From Azolla caroliniana (Eukaryota; Plantae; Polypodiophyta), in assembly GCA_043228905.1 (NCBI GenBank), contig JBHGNT010000007.1:18600001-18664000 (forward strand): DNA of 64,000 nucleotides. Reading direction: 5' to 3'. Below the pieces are notes generated by a model that did no database searches, was not told where the DNA came from, and worked only from the letters and a program-made list of their open reading frames with translations. Position numbers and translations under genes: made by a program. This document shows, piece after piece, positions 1 to 12,700 of the stretch (position 1 is the first letter of the stretch; every line of letters begins with the position of its first letter).

Positions 1-981
1 TAATAATCAATAACCACCATCACATGGGAAATCTATTAATGTGCATCAATTAAGATTTACTAGTGATCAATTGTTTCTCATCACATCTCTAATTATGCTT
101 AAGGGGTTGTCTCATATCGTAGACAAATGAGATCAACAATACATCCATTGACTCAAGAAGGGAATTTAAAACCAAAGCCAAATTTGAACAAATCGTAACC
201 ATTACCATTAAAACAACAATGGTCTCAAAGCAAAGAATTTGTATCAAGCCTCAACACACCAATCACTTTCGACCACCTCAAGCATCACCAACATTGACCA
301 CACACAACTGATTTCCAAACCAAAAAGCAATGTTTTGAAGTGAAACTAGCACATGTAAGGGTGGAAGTCACTCTAGTGTGCCTTGTGCTAATGCAAGTTA
401 CAATATTCACTTGGATCAATACTTAAGATTTTCAAGAAGGTTCTTTAGATACAATAAAATATGCCTCATATTGAAATGTGGAAAGCAATCATAATTTTGC
501 ATTAACAAGGTCTTGTGAGCTACCTTCAAGCTTTGTTATTGCTTGAAGAGAGATTGAGAATATCTATATTTGAACTAACACGCATTTAGTGCAAAACTCA
601 TAATCGAGATTGGTACAAAATCAAGACGACCCAATCTTCTTGGATTGTTTGATTAATCTATTCAACAACATTGTTTTTTATTTGTATGTATTGTGAGGTT
701 CTTAGTTGTTAGGAGCATAATTGTAACCCTTCTTCTTCATGGAATTCAAGGTTCTTAGCCTTGTTTTATTTTCGAAAAATTACCACCATTGTAATCGTTT
801 ACCAAAAGTTCTTGTATACCCTACTTTATAAAAGGAACTTTGTTCTTAAACCGACGTTTTTAGCCTATAAAGTGGATAATCTTGACTTAATATTGTAAAA
901 TCCATTTGTAATATCATTGTCGGCTAATTACGTGTTTCAATCTTAATCTCGCACATAATTCGTTGTTCGGTTCATCCCTAC

Positions 982-1347
982 CTTTGACTATGAGGAGCCT
1001 TTGACTTTGAGGAGTCTTCAACTTTGAAGAGCTTTCGATTCTAACTTACCTTCCACTTTAGGTTACGTTTGACTTTGAGGAATGTTCAACTCTGACCAAT
1101 GATCAACTCTAAGGAACCTTCGACTTTGAGGAGCCTTCGAGTTTGCAAAGCATTCAAATATGAGGAACATCTGACTCTAGAGAGCCTTTGACTCGAAGGA
1201 TTTGTCGACTTTGATGACCCTTCGAGTTTAACGACCTTTTGACTCCTAGGAGCTTTCGACTTTGACCTACCTTGGAACCTAACGACCTTTTGACTCCTAG
1301 AAGCTTTTGACATTTACAATCTTTTGATTCCTAGGAGCTTTCGAGTC
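982..1347. repeat. 17-bp degenerate minisatellite, about 21 units
   Basis: Units read directly: cctttgactatgaggag, cctttgactttgaggag, tcttcaactttgaagag, ccttcgactttgaggag and so on. The period is conserved, with core ttYgact. Confidence 0.85.
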
Positions 1348-1399
1348 ACCCATCCTCTTTGGTTCAAGTCTTTGGTGGTCCCTCTCAAGTATCACACAT

Positions 1400-2971
1400 A
1401 TGTGTGCAACTTCGTGACATTGGGGGTCTTGGATCTATCTCTCACCTTCACTAGGGAGTGCTTGGATGGAATGTGACCTTTCCTTCCTTATTTCCCTTCT
1501 TAATTTTGCTTAATGTTAATTTAGATTCTAACACTATCTCTTGGCAGATTCATCATTCTTCACAAATGATATGAAGCTTGTTGGATTTTAATTCCTTGCC
1601 AATGCATGTTCAAGAGAGCTCTCAACTTCATTTCTTTCTCCAATAACACGAACCACACCCTGAAATTCTCCAATTTCTTGTCTACCATCTTCATGGGGTA
1701 CACTCAAACCATCTCAATGACATCATTAATCACAAAAGAAATAGATCCCTCCTAATGCAATGTTGAGATTTTTTTAAATCAAAGCATTGTGGCAACCCCA
1801 TCCTTGTTTTCGAGACATATGATCAAGCAAATAAATGTTGTTGTATTGTTTGATATAGTATAGTCCCCACAACTACCCTTAAATGTGGAGCATGGTCTTG
1901 GCCTATTTTTATGAGTTTCAACCATGTATTATGACTTGACTTAATGTAAGTAAATCTTAATCTTTGAGACGTGCAAAATAATCACTATTAGACACAATCT
2001 GTCGATGTACCTAAAGGTTGTTGAGTTACGGTTACCTAACTTAATATTTCTACTTTCCACCTCTTCTAAGATGAGGGCAAGGGCATCCTAAGTGACAACC
2101 GTTACTTCCTTTTCAGTGACTAGTGGAGTGGGAGTAACAATCTTGGAAGAACATGTTTGTGGTTGATGTTGTACTATTGGTCTAACTTGGACACAAGAAG
2201 AGGAATCTTAATCGTCACATCGACTGCCAATATATTGATACACCTCTTGCATCTAAAATAATGCCTCTATATCTTGAAAATGGGCTTTTCTCACCTTTTT
2301 GTTGGAGCCTTGCTTCTCAATCTATATGCAGTAAGCAAAGCTCAATTTCATCTACGACCTATTCCTACTAAAAAGCTTTTGTGGTCACCTACACATGCTC
2401 AACCATTTGGTATTCGAAGATCTTGTACTTCAAGCTCGTGCATGCTTACTCTGTAGGGTGGATATTGGGGTGTTCATGAGCCTTTAATGAAGGCTATTTA
2501 TGCCTATATCAAATGGTACCATCCGATCATGGTCATGTGATCAAAGCAATTGCTCCTTCAAGTGACACTCTAGCTCCTTGTAATTCACAAATAGTGATCC
2601 CATAGAATAGGGGCATAATAATCTCACGACATGACTAGCCGTCAAAGGCTCGGGTGACATCAACAACTATCTTAGACTCTCTAACAACATCAATGAGTTG
2701 GTTTCCAATCTCTTGATTGTGATATGTAGTTCCTTCCGTTCCTCTTCGCGCAACACAATGCAAGCAATTAGGGACTACAAGGTCTCCTTGGTTGTCCTTA
2801 GTCCAATTCTAGAGGTTTTGGTTGATTGATGAGGTTGGGTAGGGGATGTGGGTTGTTAATTGATTTTGAGTACTTTTTCTATTCCTTCGACTAACATGTG
2901 TTTCCTAGCTTTACATTCGAGTAGGAAAATCACAACATGGTGATAATGTGCAAATTTTATGAATGTGCCTC
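1400..2971 (-). mobile_element. Possible highly degenerate retroelement remnant that received the copia insertion
   Basis: No intact ORF. Only faint gag/protease-like translation on the minus strand and adjacency to a minisatellite. Inference only. Confidence 0.25.
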
Positions 2972-3368
2972 TGTTGAGAATCAAGCTCAACTTGGTCTAG
3001 TGTGTGAACTCACCTTGAGAGTGAATAGACACTCCAACGGTCAAGAGTCACCATTATGTCACCACTTTGTATTCTAGCATTTAGTATGAGTCATAGAATC
3101 ATATTCTATGACACATAACTTATGAGCTTTCACATTTCCCATGTTCCATGAGTCTTGTAGTTAATGAAGAGAGAGGGTGACTATATAAAGCACCCTCCTC
3201 CCACCTTTTATAATGTTGAGTCTTTCTCCTTTGTTAATATACTTTACCTTGCGTATTCTCTGTGTCTTACTCCTTGTCTCTCTCTCTCACACACACACAC
3301 TCTCTCTCATACACACACACATTTCATATCTATTCTGTTGTAAAGAATCCATCTCATGATTCTTTACA
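2972..3368 (+). repeat. 5' LTR (397 bp)
   Basis: tgttgagaa...tctttaca. About 7 substitutions versus the 3' LTR plus a 22-bp microsatellite length difference (manual count). Confidence 0.95.
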
Positions 3369-3380
3369 TGGTATCAGAGC
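3369..3380 (+). promoter_or_regulatory. Primer binding site, initiator tRNA-Met
   Basis: tggtatcagagc directly after the LTR, the canonical plant copia PBS. Confidence 0.95.
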
Positions 3381-3518
3381 GACTTGGTAGCTCGATCTAG
3401 CCCATCCGCATGCACTATGCCCTATGCCGACGACCAAGAACCGGCTCATCGTTATTGTAGCTTCGCTACATAGCTCGCATTCGAAGAGAGAAGAAGAAGA
3501 AGAAGAAGAATCAACATA

Positions 3519-6500
3519 ATGAATACTCAAATGGGGAGCGCTCTCCCTACCGAGAAGTTGGATCGAAACAACTTCGCATCTTGGGAGTACAAGATGCACC
3601 AATACCTTGTTGGACAAGGCTATTGGAGCTACATCAAAGGAGCGCACGAAGACCGACCCGTCGAAGCGGCTCCCGGATATGCGACATGGGAGCAAGCAGC
3701 AAGCCGCAAGCCACAAGTCGCGTGATGTATTGCTTGGCAAAATGTGTTCATGATCACATGCTCGGCTACATTCGCGAAGCCAAGACGCCGAAGGAGGCAT
3801 GGGAAAATCTACGAAAGATTTTCGCGGCGAACACAACCGCAAGAAGGCTTCAACTTCGCCAAGAATTGAACAACACTCAACAAAGGGACATGTCCATCAT
3901 GACATACACCTTGAAGATCAAGGAGCTTTGCGACTTGCTCGGCTTGATAAGCGTAAATATCAATGATGATGAGATGGTGCAAATATGCCTCGGCGGCCTC
4001 GCACCACGGTTTGGCGTGATGCGAACCGCCGTTCTAGCAAGGGAGAAATCTCCCTCCTTCTTCGAGCTCCAATCCATGCTATTGGTCGAAGAAAACCACA
4101 TGTGTACAAGGAGCAATGAGTCGGAAGGCCACATGCGCTACATGCACTCGAACGGAGGAAGAGGACGCGGACGAGCGAGAGGCCGATTCAGCCAAGGACA
4201 AGGCGGACGAGGTCCGACCTATGACAACAACTCCCAATTTCAGCTGCAAAACGGAAGCCAATGAGGAACCTTCGCAAGAAGGGGGAGCTTCCACTCTGGC
4301 CCGAGCGGTCAAAACGCAACCGAATGCGGATATTGCGGAAAACTCGGCCACCACGAAGAAGAGTGCCGAAAGAAGATGCGTGAATCGGCTTCCACAAGCC
4401 GACAACTCACGAATTATGCGCACAATACTGACTACAAAGAGTATGATGGAATGTACGGGCACAACTCCGACCGTGGCAAAATGTTCATGATGAAACATAG
4501 AGCAAACTCTATGTCGGCCTCTACCTCAACTAGTGCCCTCAATTTGGAGGACGTATGGTTTGTTGACTCCAGAGCCTCAAACCATATGACATCTCATAAA
4601 GAATGGTTTCTCGAACTTCGAGAGCCGGACCCTGGTTATGTCGAAACCGGAGATGACACTACCCACCCGATTCGGCACATCGACAATGTTCCGTTCGGCG
4701 AAAGAGGTAAGCAAACATACATTAAAAATGTCTTGCATGTTCCCACCATCACGAAGAACTTGGTCTCGGTTGGCCAAATGGTTGAGCAAGGGATGCAAGT
4801 ATGATTCGACCAAGAAGGGTGCTTCATCGAAAAAGAGGGCCGAATCATCGCGCGCGGAAGAAGAGAGGGCCAGATGTTCATTTTCGATTCATGCGAGATG
4901 AAATCCACCATGTTCGCAAAAAGCACGAAAGCCGACTCCGACATAGAGCTATGGCCAAGCGAATCAGCCACATCAATCTCAACAAACTCAAAGCAATGAA
5001 ATCGAAAGGAGTCGTCATCGGACTCCCGACATTCAAAGAGAAGGAGATTGAAGGTGTATGCGAAGCATGCCAATTCAGCAAGCAACACTGACACCCATTC
5101 CCGAAAGAGCGGAACGTGAGCAAAGGTCTACTTGACGTAGTCCATTTTGACGTATGGGAACCAGTGCAAACGACTACATTCGGCGGATGCCGATATTACG
5201 TGCTCTTCATCGACGACTTCTCCAGGCACACGTGGGTCTATCCGATGCGGCAAAAGAGTGAAGTGTTCGAACACTTCCAAAAGTTTAAAAACGAAGTCGA
5301 AAAAGCCATTGGTCGTCATGTACGATGCCTTCGATCAGATGGTGGCAAGGAGTACTTCTCGGACGATTTCACGTCGTATCTCCGAAAGGAAGGAATTCGG
5401 CGAGAATTCACTTGCCGACACACTCCGCAACAAAACGGAGTAGCCGAGTGCAAAAATCGGCACATCCTCGAAGTAGCGCGGGCCATGATGAACAAGAAGC
5501 ATATGCCCAAGTCATATTGGGCCGAAGCTGCAAATACGGCCGTCTACCTAATGAACCGGTGCACAACATCCGGAGTGCACGAGGTCACTCCGCACGAAAA
5601 ATACTTCGGAAAGAAGCCGGACTTATCGCACACTCGGATATTCGGCGCGATAGCGTACGTGGACATCCTCGACGAGAAGCGTCAAAAGCTTGACCCGAAG
5701 TCGGAGAAATGTATCCTCGTAGGATACTCACTGGAGCAAAAGGGGTACAAGTGCTACAACCCCTCAACTCGAAAATCTCGAGTAAGTCGAGACGTCGTTT
5801 TTGACGAGTCCGCATTCTGGTACGCACCAGAGACAACTTCGACTCCGACTCTGCTCGACCTGGAATCCGCCAAACAAGAGATAGAGGATGAAGATCGCCT
5901 TACGCGCATGTTCGAAGAAAGTCCGATCACGACCCGACTGAGTGGACCACAAGAGCCTTTAAGCGATCAAAGGACATCACGACCTAACCCGAAGATGGAC
6001 AAAGGCAAGGCGAAAATGGCGGAATACGAAGACGATCGCTTCGACAACGATGAGTCGACTCACTCACTCAACAGTGAGTTCGGCGGCTTCGATGTGCCAA
6101 TCGGAGCTAAGAAAGCCCTCATCTCTGCAAATGAAAAGCTCTGTCGCTCCACCCGTGAAAAGAATCCGATCAGCCGATTTGGCTACAACGACTACATGGC
6201 ATATCACTATGCCTTAATGATGAAGGTGGCGACAGTCCGCGAGCCAGAAACATTTTCTGAAGCAGCCAAGGATCCGCGATGAATCGAAGCCATGAACGAG
6301 GAGGTACAGGCACTATGCAAGAACGAGACATGGGATCTCATTCCCACCTCACCACACAAAAAGGCGATCGGATGCAGATGGATTTACAAAGTGAAGTACA
6401 ACGCCGACGGTTCCATCAACCGCTACAAAGTGGACTCGTAGCGAAAGGCTACGCCCAAACGCACGGAGTTGCCTACGAGGAGACCTTTGCCCCGGTGGCA

Positions 6501-7803
6501 AAGATGACGACGGTACAGACCGTAATTGCGCTTGCCGCGGCGAAAAGGTGGCACCTCCATCAAATGGACGTCAAGAACGCCTTTCTACAAGGCGAATTAG
6601 AAGAGGTGTACATGATACAACCACCCAGCTTCAACTCAAGCACCCATCCGAAAGTTGTATGCCGACTCAAGAAGCCACTCTATGGCCTCAAGCAAGCACC
6701 GCGTGCTTGGCATTCAAAGATAACGCAATATCTTCATCAAATTGGCTTCCGCATGTCAAAATCGAACAACTCCCTCTACATACTAAGTGATTCCACAAGT
6801 ATGATCGTCATCATCTTATATGTGGATGACCTAGTCATTGGAGGTGAGCATCTCGTCGAAATCAATAAGGTCAAATGTCTCCTTTCCGACAAGTTCGAGA
6901 TGATGGACATGAAGGAGCTCCACTACTTCCTCAACATCGAGGTAATTTGGACTCCGATCGGAATCATGATCTCTCAACGGCACTACATCCTCAACTTGTT
7001 ATACAAGTTTAGTATGGTTGAGTGCAAATCCGCAACAACCCCACTTGATCGCAATCTCAAACTAGATGCGAACTCCGGCACCAAAGCGTGTGAGCCGACT
7101 CAATATCGACAACTCAGGGAGTCTCATCTACCTCACGATCACTCGACCCGATCTCAATTATCCGGTCGGTCTCCTTAGTCAATTCATGCAAATACCGCGT
7201 GATACTCACTTGGATTGCGCTAAGCGAGTTTTACGATACATGAGCGGCACAATGGATTGCGGCATCCTTTACAAGACCACGATGCCAATACAACTCGAGG
7301 GGTACATAGACACCGATTGGGCCGGCTACAAAGCCGATAGAAGATCAACCTCCAGATTTGTTTTTTCCCTCGGCAACGGAGCAATATCCTGGAGTAGCAA
7401 AAAGCAATCAACCGTCGCTCTTTCGAGCACAGAGGCGGAATACAAGGGCACGACAATGGCCACATGTGAAGTCGTATGGCTCAAAAGGATACTCAAGGAA
7501 CTGGGCGTACCCATCAAGGATCTGTCTTCCCTTTACTGCGACAACATGAGCAATATTTATCTGGCTCGGAACCCTGTGTTCCACGCGCGAACAAAGCACA
7601 TCGAAGTGCACTATCACTTCATCCGAGAGCGCGTTCTAGCTGGTGATGTCGACCTACAACACATTAGCACAAATCTTCAAATGGCCGACATCTTCACTAA
7701 AGCCTTAGGAGCTGACAAGCTATGGCAATTCATGACCGATCTCGGATTGACGATCCTTGACCTGCCAAGCTTGAGGGGGAGTACTGAAGACACTACGCAA
7801 TAA
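3519..7803 (+). pseudogene. Copia gag-pol polyprotein with several frameshifts and stops
   Basis: ORF fragments 3519-3725, 3581-4264, 4376-4804, 5116-6282, 6279-7178 and 7066-7803 tile one polyprotein across frames. A 7-bp triplication (aagccgc/aagccac/aagtcgc, about 3701-3721) shifts gag. Confidence 0.92.
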
Positions 7804-7990
7804 CGCGTGGATTTCGCAACTGCGCAATGAAGCCGCAAAGAAAGACGCAAGCCGAAGCACAAACTTCGCAACTACGCACAACGCAAGTTGGAGCATGGAT
7901 TCCGCAACTCCGCATAAATGCGAGTTGACGCAGACTCCGAAACGTGAGTCGAAGCGGATTTCGGATACCGTCTGAAACCGACCCGACTTG

Positions 7991-8004
7991 AGCTTGAGGG
8001 GGCG
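7991..8004 (+). promoter_or_regulatory. Polypurine tract
   Basis: agcttgagggggcg immediately before the 3' LTR. Confidence 0.9.
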
Positions 8005-8379
8005 TGTTGAGAATCAAGCTCAACTTGGTCTAGTGTGTGAACTCACCTTGAGAGTGAATAGACACTCCAACGGTCAAGAGTCACCATTATGTCACCACTT
8101 TGTATTCTAGCATTTAGTATAAGTCATAGAATCATATTCTATGACACATAACTTATGAGCTTTCACATTTCCCATGTTCCATGAGTCTTGTAGTTAATGA
8201 AGAGAGAGGGTGACTATATAAAGCACCCTCCTCCCACCTTGTATAATGTTGAGTCTTTCTCCTTTGTTAATATACTTTACCTTGCATATTCTCTGTGTCT
8301 TACTCCTTATCTCTCTCACACACACACACACATTTCATATCTATTTCGTTGTAAAGAAACCATCTCATGATTCTTTACA
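8005..8379 (+). repeat. 3' LTR (375 bp)
   Basis: Direct repeat of 2972-3368. Confidence 0.95.
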
Positions 8380-9044
8380 ACCTCATTCACCCCCACCATG
8401 GTGTTTTTATGTTGCATGTGCCTCACTAACCTCACTAGACTTTTAAGCGGGTGATCATTAAAGAGATCAATCTTATTTGCATTGAACTTTTATTAACGTG
8501 GGAATAATGGCATAAGAAATACATATACAATATACAACAATATAAATATTGGTAGCTTAAATATAAGGATAGGGTTCTTGATGGTTTTTTTTAGCAACAC
8601 AAGTACAATTTCATTTATTTGATGGTTAGAAAAATACCAAAAGATAGCTCATATTTTCTCGCCATTGTCCCATCTTGTTGGCAAATAAAAATACTAACCA
8701 TGAATTTATTATTTTAATCATTTATGTTGACGAGACAACTTGGGCATACAACAACCAACCTTGGCATTTCAAGTGAGACTATCGGAAAGAAATGGCCTTT
8801 AATGTAACTCTAGCCTAGCATCCTACAAGTTCAGAACTCCACCCAAACTTCTAGCCAAGTTTCATCCTAAGTCTGATTCCTAACCATAGACAGATCACCA
8901 GTAAGCAAGTCTCACTAAGGGAAGCTTTGAGAAGGCCTCAAACTTGCTTGTGATGCCCAACTGCCTCAAAAGCAGTAAAACATGAATAATTCGGAACAAA
9001 AGCAACCTTTGCAGCAACGATGAATATGACAACAAGATGACACA

Positions 9045-9420
9045 AGATGTTTTCAGGTGGGTTGAGCCCGAATTTTATCATGGATCCTTAGGGATAGACC
9101 GCCGGTAGGTTCAAGAGAAGCTTCCGGAAGCCCCTTCCCCACTCTCCCGAGATGTTTTCAGGGGCTTGAACCTGAGTTTCATCATGGGTCCTCAAGGATA
9201 GACCGCCGGTAGGTTCGAGAGAAGCTTTTGGAATCCCATTCCCTAAGCCCCTTCCCCACTCTTTCTCGAGAGATGTTTTCAGGGGTTTGAACCCGAGTTT
9301 CATCATGGGACCTCAGGGACAGACCACTGGTAGGTTCGAGAGAAGCTTCTGGAAGCCCATTCTCGATAGACCACTGGTAGGTTTGAGTGAAGCTTCCGGA
9401 AGCCCATTCCCTGCTCTCCT
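9045..9420. repeat. Tandem array of 105-121 bp units (3 plus a partial) containing heat-shock elements
   Basis: Units start agatgttttcagg at 9045, 9150 and 9271. nGAAnnTTCnnGAAn occurs at 9116, 9341 and 9388 (perfect) and 9220 (one mismatch). Confidence 0.85.
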
Positions 9421-9746
9421 GTGGAACCCCCCCCCCCCATTTAGACTCCTACCCTCAATGACAAACACACACACACACACACACACAAAAAATGATTCAG
9501 ATTTAAAATAATAATAATAATAATCATAATATCGGAAAAAATGAAAAATGAAAAAAAAACAAACAAATATATAAATATATAAACAAAATTAGCTAAGAAA
9601 TCTTCTGCTCTTCTTCTTCTTCTTCTGTTCTCTGAGAGAGAGAGAGAGAGAGCGCCTCGAAGCTTTCCTTCCAAGAACCTATGCCCGCAGATAGTCTACC
9701 TCTGATGTAAAGAAGATCCGTGTCTATCTTTGAAGGTTCTGTAGCC

Positions 9747-12700
9747 ATGGCTGGACTCGTGAAAGGTATGCAAAGATATCCATCATCCATTATGTATGCG
9801 TCTTTCACTTCTCCTCATTTTGAAATTATTCATCTTTTCAAGATGAGTATCTTTCTTGTTTCAAGATCAAAGTTCGGCTGTTCATATTTTTCCTTCTTCT
9901 AGGGTTAAGATTAAGATCTAAAACGATGTTAGGAAGAGTGTCTATGCATATGATGAAACACAAGAAAAGATTTGGACTCTGGACTCAAATCCGTATTTTT
10001 CTGGAGATTTATCTGCAAAAAAAGCTCTAAATTGTTTTCATGGATAGGCAATGAATATCTGGTTTATTTTCAGCAGAGTGATCATTTGTGTATTCTCAGC
10101 TGAAAATCCAAGGAAAATGTTTGTATATATGTGTGTTATCGGTGTATCCTTCTTTTATGTTTTATTTTTTTTGCTTTCCAAGATGAATTTTTTTAGTGCT
10201 AACTTCAAGATCTACCATAGCTGATCTAGATTATGTTTGAGCATATTATAAACCCAAGAAGAAATGTGACGTTGGAATTGAAATCTTAGTTTTGCACCGG
10301 CAAAGAAGATCTACATAATGTCATGTATAACACTTCGAATATTTTCTCATTTACACATTTCATTGTTTTTGCATGCACACATATCACGATGTAAGATAAG
10401 CGAGAAACCTGTGGTTCACGTGCACCCATTATATTTTGCATGCGTATATCTCTCTCTGTTTCCAAAATGACTGAGCTACGATGAGAATTTTACTTCTCAA
10501 GTTATGGTCAAAAGATCAGATGATAGAACTGTAGTTTTTGAACTGCCAAAGAGTTTCGAAATGTCCAGTATAAGCTTCCCGTATCAGACTTATTGTCAGC
10601 AGTGTGTACATATGTCTTTGAAGCTGAAAGTTAATAAAAAAATAGTTAACGAGGGATTGTTTCCTTTTCAAGTTGAAATTTCTGTGTGAGAGATTTGCTA
10701 GGGTTTAACAATGAAATAGTTTTATTTTGTGAAAGTCTACAGATATCCTTAGGATAAGAGAAAGAAATTAGCAACCTGATTTGGGTTATACCTGTATATT
10801 TTTAACAAATGATGATGTATATATGTATGTATGTATTTATTTATACTTATTTTACATTTCTTTGAATTAGTAAAAGAAGCTCTGTGTCTTTGATTTACTT
10901 TCAATGTAGTGTTCCTGTATATATTCTCAGCAGAATGTTTATATATGTGTAATCAGCCGAATGTTTGTATATGTATTTTTAGCTGAAAGGTAAGCAAGAA
11001 GCCTATTATTGAATGTCTTTATATGGCAATTGTTTTTTCTTTTGTTTATGAGATGAAGTAGTTGAGTATTTTCATAAAGTTCAGATCGGGAGCTAAATGA
11101 GCTGATTTAAATAATACACTGAACACTAGGTAGGAGATCTGTTTATAAATTGATTTGATGGGATTGGGTTATTTTCAAGCTCATATAAGAAGCTCTAAAA
11201 GATTATTTTCAGCTGAAAGATAAGCATACTTCACATGTGATTTCTTTGCTTACAAGATAAAATATTGACGATAATTTCTTGGATGAGTACGATATCTTCT
11301 AATGTGATCTGGATTATGCTTGCATATCCTGAAGGAAATCAGCGTGCAAAACTTTCAGAGGGGTTTGGAAACCAATCAAACAACCATTTAAACTTAAATT
11401 TCACCAATTGAAATAATTTATAAATGAGGAAACATGTCCTTAAGTTTTTAGACTCATTAAGACACAACCAACAATTTAAGCCTATTTCCAAAAACTGTAT
11501 ACAGAGCTTCCAAGGGTCTCTTCAATGAGCATACTCGAAAAGAGAGAGAACCAGTTATAATACCTGCAGATTTCATCACTCTAAAATGACTGTTCAATAT
11601 TGCTGAATCTGAATTTCGAGTTTGGAAATTTAAGAGGGTTGTGTGAGTAAGGCACCTCTTACTCATTGTACAAAGTGTCACCTCATCAAAAATATAAAAG
11701 ATATTTCAATTCATTCTTTTTATGAACCTTTTCATTTAATTTATTTCTTTGTTCAAGATGAAATTGTTCTGGGAGACATTTCATGAGGTTAAGATCAAGA
11801 GCCTCTTCTTTTAGAGCTTATCCATGAATATAATGAAATTTCAACCCAAGAATAGATAAATACCTGTCTTGCCTCTTTATATTTACATGATTAGCATCAC
11901 ATGTTGGGATCTTAACTCTTCGACTAGTAAAATGAGCCCTAAAGCATTATGTCTTATGCTAACTAATGTCATGAATAATATTAGATTGATTTTTCTGTGG
12001 AGTATTTATTTGTGTATTTTCTTGGAAGGTAAAAAAGCTTTGGTCATCTTTTGTATGCGGAAGTACTTGTGATTTAGGAAAAATTGTTTTCTTCTGTGAG
12101 ATATTGCACAAGGTTAAGTTCAAGATGATCATGGGTTGTTTTCGGTGATTGCGTATGCTTATCACAAGTATAGATGTGATATGTAATAATCTGTAGAATT
12201 AGTGACTAAAATGCAGCAGTTGTTTATGTGTGTATTTTCAGCTGAAACTTAAGGGAGAACTCGATACTTCAATGCATCCCTGATATTTAGCCTTTTTGTG
12301 CGAACTTCTTTCTTTGTTGTAGATGATATGGTGCATGAATCAAATGATTTGATTGAAAATTAGAAGCTAATTTGGAATTGAGGCAAAACATATTTTTGAG
12401 GTTTACGATGCAATGCTCACGTCTCCGTTTCTTCCATCTTAAAAGCATTTGTGAATAAAAAGATGAAAACATTTTCTCATTCTGTCTTCATGTCAAGTGA
12501 CTATTTAATTAAATGAATGGACGATTATTCAATATCTTTGTTTAAGCTGTGTGAAAGAAAAACCTCACGTATGGTTTGCAGAGTGGGAGTTGAAAAAACA
12601 ACCTTACTCTCCTCGATAAGGTATACAACTGGTTTTTAGAGTGCCTTGAAATTCAGGCAATTGGTTAAAAGAAGCTCTAAAGTATTATATTTGCTGCCAC

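Larger units (their letters stand above)
2972..8379 (+). mobile_element. Full-length Ty1/copia LTR retrotransposon with disrupted ORF
   Basis: Paired TG..CA LTRs, PBS and PPT. 5-bp TSD gcctc (2967-2971) / acctc (8380-8384). Domain order gag-PR (WFVDSRAS)-INT (LRSDGGKEY, PQQNGVAE)-RT (HQMDVKNAFL, LYVDD)-RNaseH (TKHIEVHYHFIRE). Confidence 0.97.

Noticed and set aside
982-1347. CRISPR-like array
   Set aside because: The units are only 17 bp with no unique spacers, the context is eukaryotic and there are no cas genes.
3354-7871. Antisense and alternate-frame ORFs in the copia; programmed frameshifting
   Set aside because: These are shadow ORFs of GC-rich coding DNA. The breaks are numerous and include CGA/TGG-to-TGA changes, consistent with decay.
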